Source: Nostoc sp. DedSLP01
Lineage (GTDB): Bacteria; Cyanobacteriota; Cyanobacteriia; Cyanobacteriales; Nostocaceae
Length of the DNA: 64,000 bases
Reading direction: 5' to 3'
Assembly: GCA_034530875.2 (NCBI GenBank)
Contig: JAVRCJ020000014.1
Coordinates: forward strand, 96,001-160,000
Part shown: positions 40,913 to 50,824 of the stretch, one piece after another
How the letters are laid out: every line of letters starts with the position of its first letter
Position numbering within the stretch: position 1 is the first letter of the stretch
Translations under genes and position numbers: made by a program
Notes under the pieces: generated by a model
Databases searched by the model: none
What the model saw: the letters and a program-made list of their open reading frames with translations, nothing else
What the model was told of the DNA's origin: nothing

Positions 40913-41932
40913 CTATGGTATATTACTAATTTTTGGTTGTTCAAAATAGCCATATACTAATTTAGAGACTTGACGAATAAAATCTCTGGCTCTATCATCA
41001 TTATTCGGTCTTTTCACAAAAATGCCTGCGAAATAGCGTTTACCTGAAGGTGTTTCAATAATACCTGCATCACCCAATACAAAACGTAAAGTTCCTGTTT
41101 TGTGGGCTATTTTTGCACCAGAACCTAAACCAGATGGTAGCAATCTTCTATTATGGCAACCATACATAATACCTAAAACTTGAGACTTACTTTCATCAGA
41201 AAGTAGCTGATTATTTACCATTAAAGCTGAAAGTCTGACTAAATCTTTTGCACTAGTTTTATTAGTCCCGTTGAAGTCTCCTAACATCCGGCGGAGAATA
41301 GTACTTTGTAAACCCCAACTACGAAACCGTTGATTTAATTTAGCAATTCCACCTAAACGGGCAATAATCATATTTGTTGCTGTATTATCGCTAATAGTCA
41401 TCATCATGGTCGCAGTTTTCAAAATACTAAACTTGCTTCCTACCCGCTTGTACTGCATATTCCCAGAACCGCCAACAACATATTTACGCTGCATTACTAG
41501 AGTTTCATTGAGGTTGATTCTCCCTGCATCTACTTCTTGAAATAAAGCAATTAAAATCGGGTATTTAATGGTACTAGCAGCGGGGAAAGCTTTATTCCCG
41601 TTGAAGCTTATATAGTCTCCTGTTTCCAAGTCCATGAAAAAGATACCAGGAGTCAGAAATTTGTAACTAGTAACTAATTTATTAATTGGAGTTTTTAGTT
41701 CTGATATTTCACGTCCTAAAGGAACGATACCAGTGTAGTTGGGCTGAACTGTCGGATTAACAAGATTAGTAGGAGATGGAGGAATAAATTTCAGGGGCGG
41801 TAATTGTAAATTTGATTTAGTTCTATCCCAGCTATTAGACGAATAAACTTTATCAGCGTTAGAATTTGCTTTTACTGGTGAAGAAAAGAGAATAATACTG
41901 ATGAGGCTAAGTAAAAACCAGCGTAGTTTCAT
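40913..41932 (-). CDS. Class A beta-lactamase-related serine hydrolase (PBP-A-like)
   Basis: AASTIK (SxxK), SDN and HKTG motifs; signal peptide. Confidence 0.88.
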   Translation of the reverse strand: MKLRWFLLSLISIILFSSPVKANSNADKVYSSNSWDRTKSNLQLPPLKFIPPSPTNLVNPTVQPNYTGIVPLGREISELKTPINKLVTSYKFLTPGIFFMDLETGDYISFNGNKAFPAASTIKYPILIALFQEVDAGRINLNETLVMQRKYVVGGSGNMQYKRVGSKFSILKTATMMMTISDNTATNMIIARLGGIAKLNQRFRSWGLQSTILRRMLGDFNGTNKTSAKDLVRLSALMVNNQLLSDESKSQVLGIMYGCHNRRLLPSGLGSGAKIAHKTGTLRFVLGDAGIIETPSGKRYFAGIFVKRPNNDDRARDFIRQVSKLVYGYFEQPKISNIP

Positions 41933-42149
41933 GTACGATCGCAGAATTAGTGTTAGTTATTTTACGGAAATTTATTAGTCCCGAAAATAAAATCAAGACA
42001 TGGAAGATGATAATCAATAAAATATACAATGTCAATGTTTATCGGTAAGAGTTAAAAAATAATCGCATCGATACGAGAAATTTCTGGAGTAAATTCAATG
42101 TGATTTATATAACATATCTTTTAAAAATGGCTTGCCAAGCTAATAGCTC

Positions 42150-43112
42150 TCAAAAGGCTTTAGCTATCAACCAACTGAAAATCAATTTACCAACTTTTGG
42201 CTCGATAAATCTTAAAATATACTCTACTAGTTTTGGTGCGACACCTGACAAAAATGGCAATAATAAAGTTTTAATATCGTTAAAACCATCAATATTGGCA
42301 ACAGCAAGGTTAGGAATCAGGCAGACTAGCGCCCAGGCTAACCAATCTATCAATTTAAAGTTCATAGAAGTCAGCCTTTGAAATTGATTAGCAAGTACAT
42401 AGCGGGTAGTAACAAATAATATAGTAAAGCCTACCCAAGCAAATATTGATAGCGTTCCATTTGTTGGGTATAAATCGTAGGCTACAAAACCAGCAGTAAA
42501 TGAAGAAGCTACCTCCCAAACTAATAAATTTGAGTAAGTCTGAAAGCTACTTAGTAGTTGTTCTGTCAGCCAATAATGAGCCGATACAATTTTAGAATAT
42601 TGAGAGTTTTGCAGAAAATCACACTGAATTTTATGAAATATATCACCATCAAAAATTACAGTGGTTTGTAAAATAATATCTTCTTCTTTATAAACATCTA
42701 AAGGCGATGCATCCTGTTTATAATAACAATTAAAGGTGATTCCAGGCTCTAAGCTTCTTTCATCGCGTACATTTTTATTCAGTAAAAGTTGAAATATATC
42801 CAATAAAATAATAATCAAAAAACTTTTATAAAAGACTTTTAAAATATTATTTTCTGTATTATCCAGTGGCAAATTATGATTGAAATAGCCATAATACCAA
42901 AGAGAAAATTTGGTTTTAGCAGAAATTTCTAAAGAAAGATTAGTTTCTTTTGCTTGTTGAATTTGTTCTACAACTGTCTGGTTTAGGTAAAAACTATACT
43001 GTCCTTGCTCAATCTTAAGTTGAAAGCGATCGCCTTGAGGAACTTCTAGAAATATAAAGAGTCCCGTCTCAGTTTGGTTATCTTCTTTTATTTCTATACA
43101 ATCTGCATTCAT
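42150..43112 (-). CDS. Hypothetical membrane protein
   Basis: AT-rich ORF with several C-terminal TM segments; ATG at 43112 lies 2 nt after the upstream stop. Confidence 0.7.
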   Translation of the reverse strand: MNADCIEIKEDNQTETGLFIFLEVPQGDRFQLKIEQGQYSFYLNQTVVEQIQQAKETNLSLEISAKTKFSLWYYGYFNHNLPLDNTENNILKVFYKSFLIIILLDIFQLLLNKNVRDERSLEPGITFNCYYKQDASPLDVYKEEDIILQTTVIFDGDIFHKIQCDFLQNSQYSKIVSAHYWLTEQLLSSFQTYSNLLVWEVASSFTAGFVAYDLYPTNGTLSIFAWVGFTILFVTTRYVLANQFQRLTSMNFKLIDWLAWALVCLIPNLAVANIDGFNDIKTLLLPFLSGVAPKLVEYILRFIEPKVGKLIFSWLIAKAF

Positions 43113-43114
43113 TA

Positions 43115-43987
43115 TCAAGATAATTTTGCAATTTTTTGTACTAACTCAATTAAAAAACTAAATGTTCCCCGCCACTGTTTCTCTCCAGCAACTACTCCTT
43201 CATTATGTGTAGTCATGAGATACTTTTTAGTTTCTTCAGGTAACTGAAACAATTTTTCATTGTAACGAGTGATAATATCCCCATCTACCTGCATTACAGT
43301 TTGAATATAAATAATATCAGTTTCAGTACTTGTAACATTATTGCCATCTAGCGCTGCTTTTAGTTCAGATATTTTGCGCAAAGTACGAACAAATTTTGCA
43401 TTTTTTAAAAGTTTTTCAATTTCTTGAAAACTTGCAATCCAATCTTCTTCATTATTTCCATCTTGTTCATCGACAACGGGAGTTGGAGCAGGTAATATAG
43501 GCTTGGCTAGCTTGATGTTCTTGGCATCAGCTTCTACTAAATCTTCTTGACGCTTCTTTGCATTTTCAAGGTTTTGACGATATCGTGTGACCCTCTCATC
43601 GTGAGGATTATAAAAACCAGAATTCTGTTCTAACAACAGATAAAAGTATTCTCTTTCAAGTTGGTCAAATAGACTTTTATAATGCTGACGTAGCTTTTGA
43701 GCTTGTTCGCCTTCTTTAGGAATTTCTTTTGCGTCAAAATAGCTTGGGTCATGTATAGAATAAATTTCTTGATATGCTTCCCAAGCATTAAATTTCGAGC
43801 CGCTAATTCTATTGACAACTATAGTATTTACTTCTAAAGCTGTCATGTCAGAAACTAATGTTTGTATGCTAGATACTAAATTGCTTAATAACCCTCTAGC
43901 TACGTTTTGAATGCGGTCTGGGTCAGTATTATTCAAGCTTTGAGTATTAATTTTACTGCGCTTATTAGTTTCAATATCAGTAGACAT
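43115..43987 (-). CDS. Hypothetical soluble helical protein
   Basis: 290-aa ORF; LEVNTIVV and QTVMQVDGDIITRY segments look conserved; no recognised domain. Confidence 0.75.
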   Translation of the reverse strand: MSTDIETNKRSKINTQSLNNTDPDRIQNVARGLLSNLVSSIQTLVSDMTALEVNTIVVNRISGSKFNAWEAYQEIYSIHDPSYFDAKEIPKEGEQAQKLRQHYKSLFDQLEREYFYLLLEQNSGFYNPHDERVTRYRQNLENAKKRQEDLVEADAKNIKLAKPILPAPTPVVDEQDGNNEEDWIASFQEIEKLLKNAKFVRTLRKISELKAALDGNNVTSTETDIIYIQTVMQVDGDIITRYNEKLFQLPEETKKYLMTTHNEGVVAGEKQWRGTFSFLIELVQKIAKLS

Positions 43988-44274
43988 AAAAGTATTTCTT
44001 GCAATCTTCTCGTGTCAAAAGTGTTTAAATCAAACACTAAACTTATTTTGAACAGGGTTAAAAACTTTACCAATTTTATATAAGAAAATTTAGTTAAATC
44101 CAAATAACTTAATACTTTTCTCTGTGTGCATGAAGAAAGGTAACGCTATAGTTTACAAGGAATATTTTTATCTCGTTAAAGAAAATACTTGCTGAAAAAA
44201 GTAGAATTTATACATGAGAATGCCAATTAAGTAAAAGTATAATACAATACATTAAAAATATAAAGTTAACTGAT

Positions 44275-45060
44275 ATGTTGTTATCCCGTAAAGCCATTGT
44301 TACACCTTTTGTAATTTGTGCGTGTATTTTGGGAGTTGGCTTAATTCAATCTCCAAAACTGGAAAAACTGCTCAATAGTAAAAAATCAGTTTCATTAGCA
44401 ACTCTAGAAAAGGATATTAAATTAGAAAAAGTCAGTCTTGATTTTCTCAAAAAAATGCCTAGTTTTGGTTATGACAATTTGATTGGAAATTGGGTATATA
44501 TAAATTTTTTAGAGTATTTTGGGGATGATGAAGTCAGAGATCAAACAGGTTATAGTTTAAGTCCAGAGTATTTTGAAGTAATTTTAGAACGCGACCCGCG
44601 ATTTTTAGCAGCATATCAGAGTCTTTCAATTAGTACTTCATTGTATGCTGCTATGCCAGAACGGGCGATCGCATTATCTGAAAAAGGCTTAAAATCATTA
44701 TCTCCGTGGGTTCCCGAAAGGTCTTATTACGTGTGGCGTTATAAAGGAACTGATGAGTTATTATTTCTAGGCAATCCGAAAGCTGCTCAAAAATCTTTTA
44801 CAACAGCGGCAAATTGGGCGAAAAACTATTCAGATGAAGAAAGTCAGTTTGTAGGCGCTGCTTCTCAAAGAACTGCTGAATTTCTCAGTCGAAATCCTAA
44901 GAGTAAATACGCGCAAATTGCTACTTGGGCAATGGTTTTAAATAATAAAGTTGATGATAAAACTCGTAAACGCGCAATTAGAGCGATAGAAGCACTGGGA
45001 GGAAAAGTAGTTAAAACTCCTGAAGGAACTAATAAAATTATATTTCCTCCCAAGGATTAA
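44275..45060 (+). CDS. Hypothetical membrane-anchored helical (TPR-like) protein
   Basis: N-terminal TM; P.FGYDNL..W..L.F..YFGD pattern. Confidence 0.75.
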   Translation: MLLSRKAIVTPFVICACILGVGLIQSPKLEKLLNSKKSVSLATLEKDIKLEKVSLDFLKKMPSFGYDNLIGNWVYINFLEYFGDDEVRDQTGYSLSPEYFEVILERDPRFLAAYQSLSISTSLYAAMPERAIALSEKGLKSLSPWVPERSYYVWRYKGTDELLFLGNPKAAQKSFTTAANWAKNYSDEESQFVGAASQRTAEFLSRNPKSKYAQIATWAMVLNNKVDDKTRKRAIRAIEALGGKVVKTPEGTNKIIFPPKD

Positions 45061-45162
45061 AGTAATATACCAGTTTGCTGCAAGAGAAATAAACTTTTGT
45101 AAAATTGCGAACTTTTTAACAACTCAGAAAGAAAACACGCAATATTTTTAGGAGGAATAGCG

Positions 45163-45582
45163 ATGTCAATCCGATTGGCAGAATCTGATTTTCAAATATT
45201 AGGGTGTTTTCCTGTGATGTCTCAGCTACGTCCTCACCTTGAGGAGGCTAAATTTCTAGAACAAGTTCGATATCAGATGAAACAAGGATATCAAATTGCA
45301 TTTTTGGCAACAGAGGAGCAACCCGTAGCCGTTGCTGGATTTCGTATTTTGACATGTTTATCATCCGGTAAATTTTTATATATTGATGATTTAGTTGTTG
45401 ATGAGTTTAAGCGATCGCAAAATTACGGTCAACAGTTATTTCAATGGCTCGTTGAATATGCAAGAGAGAACTACTGTCAACAACTGAGACTTGATTCTGG
45501 CATTCAGCGATTTGCAGCTCACAGGTTTTATCTTATGCAACGTATGAGCATTACAGCTCATCACTTTTCAATAAAGTTGTAG
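45163..45582 (+). CDS. GNAT family N-acetyltransferase
   Basis: LYIDDLVV...RSQNYG motif A; LDSG..R..AHRFY; GGAGG RBS. Confidence 0.9.
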   Translation: MSIRLAESDFQILGCFPVMSQLRPHLEEAKFLEQVRYQMKQGYQIAFLATEEQPVAVAGFRILTCLSSGKFLYIDDLVVDEFKRSQNYGQQLFQWLVEYARENYCQQLRLDSGIQRFAAHRFYLMQRMSITAHHFSIKL

Positions 45583-45593
45583 CAATTAGCAAG

Positions 45594-46394
45594 ATGACTG
45601 GGAAAAATGACATTTTTTGGTATGACGGGAAATTAATTCAGTCGCAAATTTTGGAGTTAAATATTAACGATCCGGGGTTGCTTTATGGAGCAACGGTTTT
45701 TACAACTTTGCGAGTTTATGAGAATTCCATCGATAATAATTTAACCAATTGGCAAGCCCACTGCGATCGCCTCCTGTTCTCAATCCAATGTTTTGGTTGG
45801 CAACAACCCAATTGGCAGCGTATCCGCCAAGGTGCCCAAGTTCTTCTCTCATACTTCCCCGTTCTCAGAATTACCCTGTTTCCCGATGGACGAGAGTGGA
45901 TAATTGGCAGATTCTTAACGCCAGATTTGACAGAAAAACAAAAAAATGGTATTGCCTGCTGGGTTGCCAGTTCAGAATTTTCTCGTTCTCTACCTTCTCA
46001 TAAAACTGGCAATTATCTGAGTGCTTGGTTAGCAAAAACTAGCTCCAATGCCCAAGAAGCAATATTAACGGATGCCCAAGGAAATTGGCTAGAAACCAGT
46101 ACGGGTAACCTTTGGGGATGGTGTGATGGTAGTTGGTGGACGCCGCCAATCAATGCCGGAATTTTGCCGGGAATCATGCGATCGCAACTGATAAACTACT
46201 TGCAAAACCAGCAACAGCCGATACAGGAAGCACCTTGGAGTCCAGAGCTAGTCAAGAAATTTGAAGCGATCGCCTACACTAATAGCGTGGTAGAGATTAT
46301 CCCCATTCATACCGTTCATCAGCCTACAGGATCGTTACAATATAATCCACACCATCCCAGTTTTCAGGAAATAAGGGGGCTTTTTTTAGCATGA
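45594..46394 (+). CDS. Class IV aminotransferase / aminodeoxychorismate lyase-like
   Basis: GLLYG..VFTTLR, HKTGNY (PLP Lys), ETSTGN, LPGIMR. Confidence 0.85.
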   Translation: MTGKNDIFWYDGKLIQSQILELNINDPGLLYGATVFTTLRVYENSIDNNLTNWQAHCDRLLFSIQCFGWQQPNWQRIRQGAQVLLSYFPVLRITLFPDGREWIIGRFLTPDLTEKQKNGIACWVASSEFSRSLPSHKTGNYLSAWLAKTSSNAQEAILTDAQGNWLETSTGNLWGWCDGSWWTPPINAGILPGIMRSQLINYLQNQQQPIQEAPWSPELVKKFEAIAYTNSVVEIIPIHTVHQPTGSLQYNPHHPSFQEIRGLFLA

Positions 46395-46506
46395 CAGCCA
46401 CGCCATTCTGTTATATCTTAAGATAAGTTAACATAATTCTTAATAATGACCTCTCCGCTTACAGACGCTACGCGATGGCGCGAAAAATACAGGAGGATAG
46501 ACCTTA

Positions 46507-48348
46507 GTGAATAAAAGATGGAGAAACGCAGGGCTGTACGCGCTGCTGTTTATTGTTGTAATTGCCCTGGGAACAGCATTTTTTGACAAACAACCCCAAA
46601 GCAGAGAGACATGGCGATACAGTCGCTTTATTCAAGAAGTTGAACAAGGCAGAGTAGAAAAAGTCAGTCTGAGTGCAGACCGTTCTACAGCATTGGTTAC
46701 CCCCAAATACGACCCAAATAAACGGTTGGTAACCTTGGTCAACGACCCAGATTTAATCAATACTTTGACATCAAAAGGCGTTGATATTTCAGTATTGCCC
46801 CAAACCGATGAAGGATTTTGGTTTAAGGCACTGAGCAGCTTATTTTTCCCTGTATTGCTTTTGGTTGGCTTATTCTTCTTGCTACGTCGCGCTCAAAGTG
46901 GCCCTGGCAGCCAAGCGATGAACTTTGGCAAATCCAAAGCCAGAGTACAAATGGAACCCCAAACACAGGTGACATTTGGTGATGTAGCTGGTATCGACCA
47001 AGCCAAGTTGGAATTAAACGAAGTCGTAGACTTTTTGAAAAATGCCGATCGCTTTACCGCCGTTGGTGCAAAAATTCCTAAAGGCGTGCTGTTAGTTGGC
47101 CCTCCTGGTACAGGTAAAACCCTCCTGGCTCGTGCCGTAGCTGGCGAAGCAGGCGTACCTTTCTTCTCAATTTCCGGTTCGGAATTCGTGGAAATGTTCG
47201 TGGGTGTCGGTGCATCCCGCGTCCGCGATTTATTTGAACAAGCCAAATCTAACGCTCCCTGTATCGTCTTCATCGATGAAATTGACGCCGTAGGTCGTCA
47301 ACGGGGTGCGGGTTTGGGCGGTGGTAACGACGAACGCGAACAAACCCTCAACCAGCTGCTCACAGAAATGGACGGCTTTGAAGGTAACACTGGCATCATC
47401 ATTATCGCTGCTACTAACCGTCCCGACGTTCTCGATGCAGCCTTGTTGCGTCCCGGTCGCTTCGACCGTCAAGTAGTAGTAGACCGTCCCGACTATTCTG
47501 GACGTAGCGAAATCCTCAAAGTACACGCCCGTGGCAAAACCTTAGCCAAAGATGTGGACTTGGATAAAATCGCCCGTCGTACCCCTGGATTTACCGGTGC
47601 AGATTTATCCAACTTGTTAAACGAAGCCGCAATCTTAGCAGCACGGCGGAATTTAACTGAGATTTCAATGGATGAAATCAACGATGCGATCGACCGCGTA
47701 TTAGCCGGGCCAGAGAAGAAAGACCGGGTAATGAGCGAAAAGCGCAAGACCTTGGTAGCATATCATGAAGCTGGTCACGCTTTAGTTGGTGCCTTAATGC
47801 CCGACTATGACCCAGTACAAAAGATTAGCATCATTCCTCGCGGTCGTGCAGGTGGTTTAACTTGGTTTACCCCCAGCGAAGACCGTATGGACACCGGTTT
47901 ATACAGCCGCGCTTATCTAGAAAATCAGATGGCTGTGGCTTTGGGCGGACGCATCGCTGAAGAATTAATCTTTGGTGAAGAAGAAGTTACCACAGGCGCT
48001 TCCAACGACTTGCAACAAGTCGCCCGTGTAGCCCGTCAAATGATTACGCGATTTGGTATGAGCGATAAACTTGGCCCGGTCGCCCTTGGTCGTCAGCAAG
48101 GTAACATGTTCCTGGGACGAGATATCATGTCAGAACGCGATTTCTCTGAAGAAACCGCCGCCGCCATTGATGAAGAAGTCCGCAAACTTGTGGATGTCGC
48201 TTATGCACGCGCTAAAGAAGTATTAGTGGGCAACCGCCACATTCTAGATCAATTAGCGCAAATGCTGGTTGATAAAGAAACAGTAGATGCCGAAGAATTG
48301 CAAGAAATTCTGGCAAATAACGATGTTAAAACTGCTGCGTTTGCTTAA
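46507..48348 (+). CDS. ftsH: ATP-dependent zinc metalloprotease FtsH (FtsH3 type)
   Basis: [21 protein letters not shown] and [17 protein letters not shown]-terminus. Confidence 0.97.
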   Translation: MNKRWRNAGLYALLFIVVIALGTAFFDKQPQSRETWRYSRFIQEVEQGRVEKVSLSADRSTALVTPKYDPNKRLVTLVNDPDLINTLTSKGVDISVLPQTDEGFWFKALSSLFFPVLLLVGLFFLLRRAQSGPGSQAMNFGKSKARVQMEPQTQVTFGDVAGIDQAKLELNEVVDFLKNADRFTAVGAKIPKGVLLVGPPGTGKTLLARAVAGEAGVPFFSISGSEFVEMFVGVGASRVRDLFEQAKSNAPCIVFIDEIDAVGRQRGAGLGGGNDEREQTLNQLLTEMDGFEGNTGIIIIAATNRPDVLDAALLRPGRFDRQVVVDRPDYSGRSEILKVHARGKTLAKDVDLDKIARRTPGFTGADLSNLLNEAAILAARRNLTEISMDEINDAIDRVLAGPEKKDRVMSEKRKTLVAYHEAGHALVGALMPDYDPVQKISIIPRGRAGGLTWFTPSEDRMDTGLYSRAYLENQMAVALGGRIAEELIFGEEEVTTGASNDLQQVARVARQMITRFGMSDKLGPVALGRQQGNMFLGRDIMSERDFSEETAAAIDEEVRKLVDVAYARAKEVLVGNRHILDQLAQMLVDKETVDAEELQEILANNDVKTAAFA

Positions 48349-48547
48349 CTAATCGCAAGTTATAAATTAGGAGTTAGAACTTAATAATAATTTCTAACTT
48401 CTAAGTTTAAAAAAGTGGGGTAACTCTGGGATTTTTCCGAGTTACCCTAATACTTTTAGGGGAAAGGTAAAAGGGAAAAGGTTTCAATTTACCCTTTTCC
48501 TAAACCAACACTGGTTTTCTGTTTTCCTATTAGAATTCTGTATTCTT

Positions 48548-49327
48548 CTAATTAATAAAACGTGAGCGTTTGAGAAATTGCCAGAAGTCGGCAACAACAG
48601 AACTGGTACAGCGCCATGTACGAGAGTGCTTTTTACCAGCTAAATAAAACCAAGGAGAGGTTGCATAGCTAGAAATGTATAGCAAAATCTCCCAATCGCC
48701 ACTCACCGCACAGAAGTCGAAGGCATCGCTGAACCACATAACATTCAAGCCATAAGTACGCGCTAGTTGAGCTAGTTGGGACGCTGCTTGGCGATCGATG
48801 CGGCTGTGGGCTTGTACCTGCATATAATTGCTAATAATGTAACGGAATGCCCGCTTATAAAGATGTCCAACCCAACTTTCTGCCCAGAACACCCTAGAAC
48901 CAGATATTTCGGTAAATACCCGGCCTGCTACATGTTTGTCACATTCCACAAAAACCTCTTCACAATGTACTCCAAAAACCCCCACCACTAAACATTGAGA
49001 CGGTGGACTTTCCCCTTCTTCCAACTGATAGCTATAGTACTCATACAAACTTTCTACATCTGGTGCAGCATCCTCCACAAAAGCACACCAAGGCACATTT
49101 TCACCCCACCCGCTTTGAGAAGTGTCTACAACGAACCCAGGAGCAGATACACCCATTCGCAACAGAAAATTATAATAATCTAATGGCAAATTTAGTGCCG
49201 AGACTTGATAGACAAGCTCTGCAAGAGCATCGATTTGTGCTAAAGAAGCCCCTTGAATTATCTGAGGAAAATCAGGGCTGTAGCGGGCGATTAATTGAAT
49301 AAAGCCCTCGATACTACGATCGCACAT
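48548..49327 (-). CDS. SMI1/KNR4 (SUKH)-like protein, putative toxin immunity protein
   Basis: GASLAQIDAL......LNLPLDYYNFL..MG N-terminal pattern typical of SUKH. Confidence 0.55.
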   Translation of the reverse strand: MCDRSIEGFIQLIARYSPDFPQIIQGASLAQIDALAELVYQVSALNLPLDYYNFLLRMGVSAPGFVVDTSQSGWGENVPWCAFVEDAAPDVESLYEYYSYQLEEGESPPSQCLVVGVFGVHCEEVFVECDKHVAGRVFTEISGSRVFWAESWVGHLYKRAFRYIISNYMQVQAHSRIDRQAASQLAQLARTYGLNVMWFSDAFDFCAVSGDWEILLYISSYATSPWFYLAGKKHSRTWRCTSSVVADFWQFLKRSRFIN

Positions 49328-49412
49328 AATTAAATTGGGCTTTTGAAAGATTAAAGAATTTACTTTCCATCGCTAATCTAGATGAGGACGAGGTGCTGAA
49401 AAATCCAGGACT

Positions 49413-50042
49413 TCACACCTGAAGATGTGCGCGTAAAATTCCTTGAATTATTTCTTGTACAGCTTGTTTGCTCAAGCTACCATCTACCCGCGCAATTCGT
49501 GAGGGATGGGATGCTGCTAATTCTGCATATCCTTGCTGAACGCGGCGATGAAAAGCAATTGTCTCTTGTTCGATACGGTCTAGTGCTACTTCGCTTCCTC
49601 GTTTGCGAGAAAGTCCCACCTCGACATCGACATCCAACCAAATAGTGAGGTCGCTTTCTAAGCCACCAGTAGCAATATAATTAAGCTGATTAATTAAGCC
49701 GATACTCAGACCCCGACCATATCCTTGGTAAGCAATGGTAGAGTCAGTGTAGCGATCGCATAAAATATATTTCCCTGCTGCCAGATTGGTTTTGAGTTCT
49801 TGTTCAACGTGTTGGGAGCGATCGGCAGCATACAATAAAAGTTCTGTGACCTCGGCAATTGGTTTATCCTCTGACTTGGATAGTAGCAAACGCCGCAGAT
49901 CTAAACCTAACTCAGTTCCCCCTGGTTCGCGAGTCACCACCACAGAAATACCTTGACTTTCCAACCATTGTTGGCAAAGCTGGATTTGGCTGGTTTTACC
50001 GCAGCCTTCCACCCCTTCAAATACAATTAATTTGCCACCCAT
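49413..50042 (-). CDS. tmk: Thymidylate kinase
   Basis: FEGVEGCGKTSQ, TREPGG, DRY..ST.AYQG. Confidence 0.96.
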   Translation of the reverse strand: MGGKLIVFEGVEGCGKTSQIQLCQQWLESQGISVVVTREPGGTELGLDLRRLLLSKSEDKPIAEVTELLLYAADRSQHVEQELKTNLAAGKYILCDRYTDSTIAYQGYGRGLSIGLINQLNYIATGGLESDLTIWLDVDVEVGLSRKRGSEVALDRIEQETIAFHRRVQQGYAELAASHPSRIARVDGSLSKQAVQEIIQGILRAHLQV

Positions 50043-50127
50043 GCTTTTTGCTGCAACAATAGCGCCGACTGTAAAATCCTAACCTGCAATTGCGATCGCT
50101 GAGGCAATAGCTGTGTTTGACTAGCGA

Positions 50128-50601
50128 TTATGGCGATTTGATTTCTGTTCGATCGAAGACATTTTTGAGTAGAGTTAAGCCTTCTTCAATATTAGAAATT
50201 TGTTCTTCTGTCAGACCTTTAAGTAGATCGGTAATATGAGCGCGAGTTTGGTCTTGGGATTGCTTGAGTTGCTGCTTTCCTTCCTCAGTAAGATTGAGCA
50301 ACACTCGCCGCCGTTCTTGAGGATCGGCGTTGCGTTCGACAAAGTTGCGTTGTACCAGGCGTTCTATGGTTGCTGATGCTGTCGCAGAGGTGACGCCCAA
50401 ATGTTCTGCTAGGTCGGATAATGAAGCACCAGGATTGCGGTTGATAAATGCGAGCGATCGCAACTGAGGTATAGATAAAAAAGCAGCGCTGTGGGCACGC
50501 ATATCGGCTCGGATAAACCGCATTACCAGTGGTACTGTTTCCATCACTCTAGCAGCACATTCTTCGGAAGTTGAACCTTGAGTTAGTTTATCCAAGGTCA
50601 T
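50128..50601 (-). CDS. MarR family transcriptional regulator
   Basis: LS.PQ...L.........LAEHL.V...TAS..I.RLV...V.R..D..RR...L.LT..G; start placed at ATG 50601. Confidence 0.9.
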   Translation of the reverse strand: MTLDKLTQGSTSEECAARVMETVPLVMRFIRADMRAHSAAFLSIPQLRSLAFINRNPGASLSDLAEHLGVTSATASATIERLVQRNFVERNADPQERRRVLLNLTEEGKQQLKQSQDQTRAHITDLLKGLTEEQISNIEEGLTLLKNVFDRTEIKSP

Positions 50602-50824
50602 GGGATTGTTGTTCTCCTGATTACATTGCCACCCGTTGATAAAATCGTCCACCAACGATAGCTAAGACTATTATTGTACAATCCAGTCCAAAGCTAAAGG
50701 AGTGGGCATTGGGCATTGGGAAAAGGGGAAGGTGGGGTCCCCTCTGGGGATAAGGGGCGGGGGTAAGGGGAAAAGGTAAAAATCATTCCTTTGCCCTTTT
50801 CCCTTTAACCTTTTTCCCCATGCC

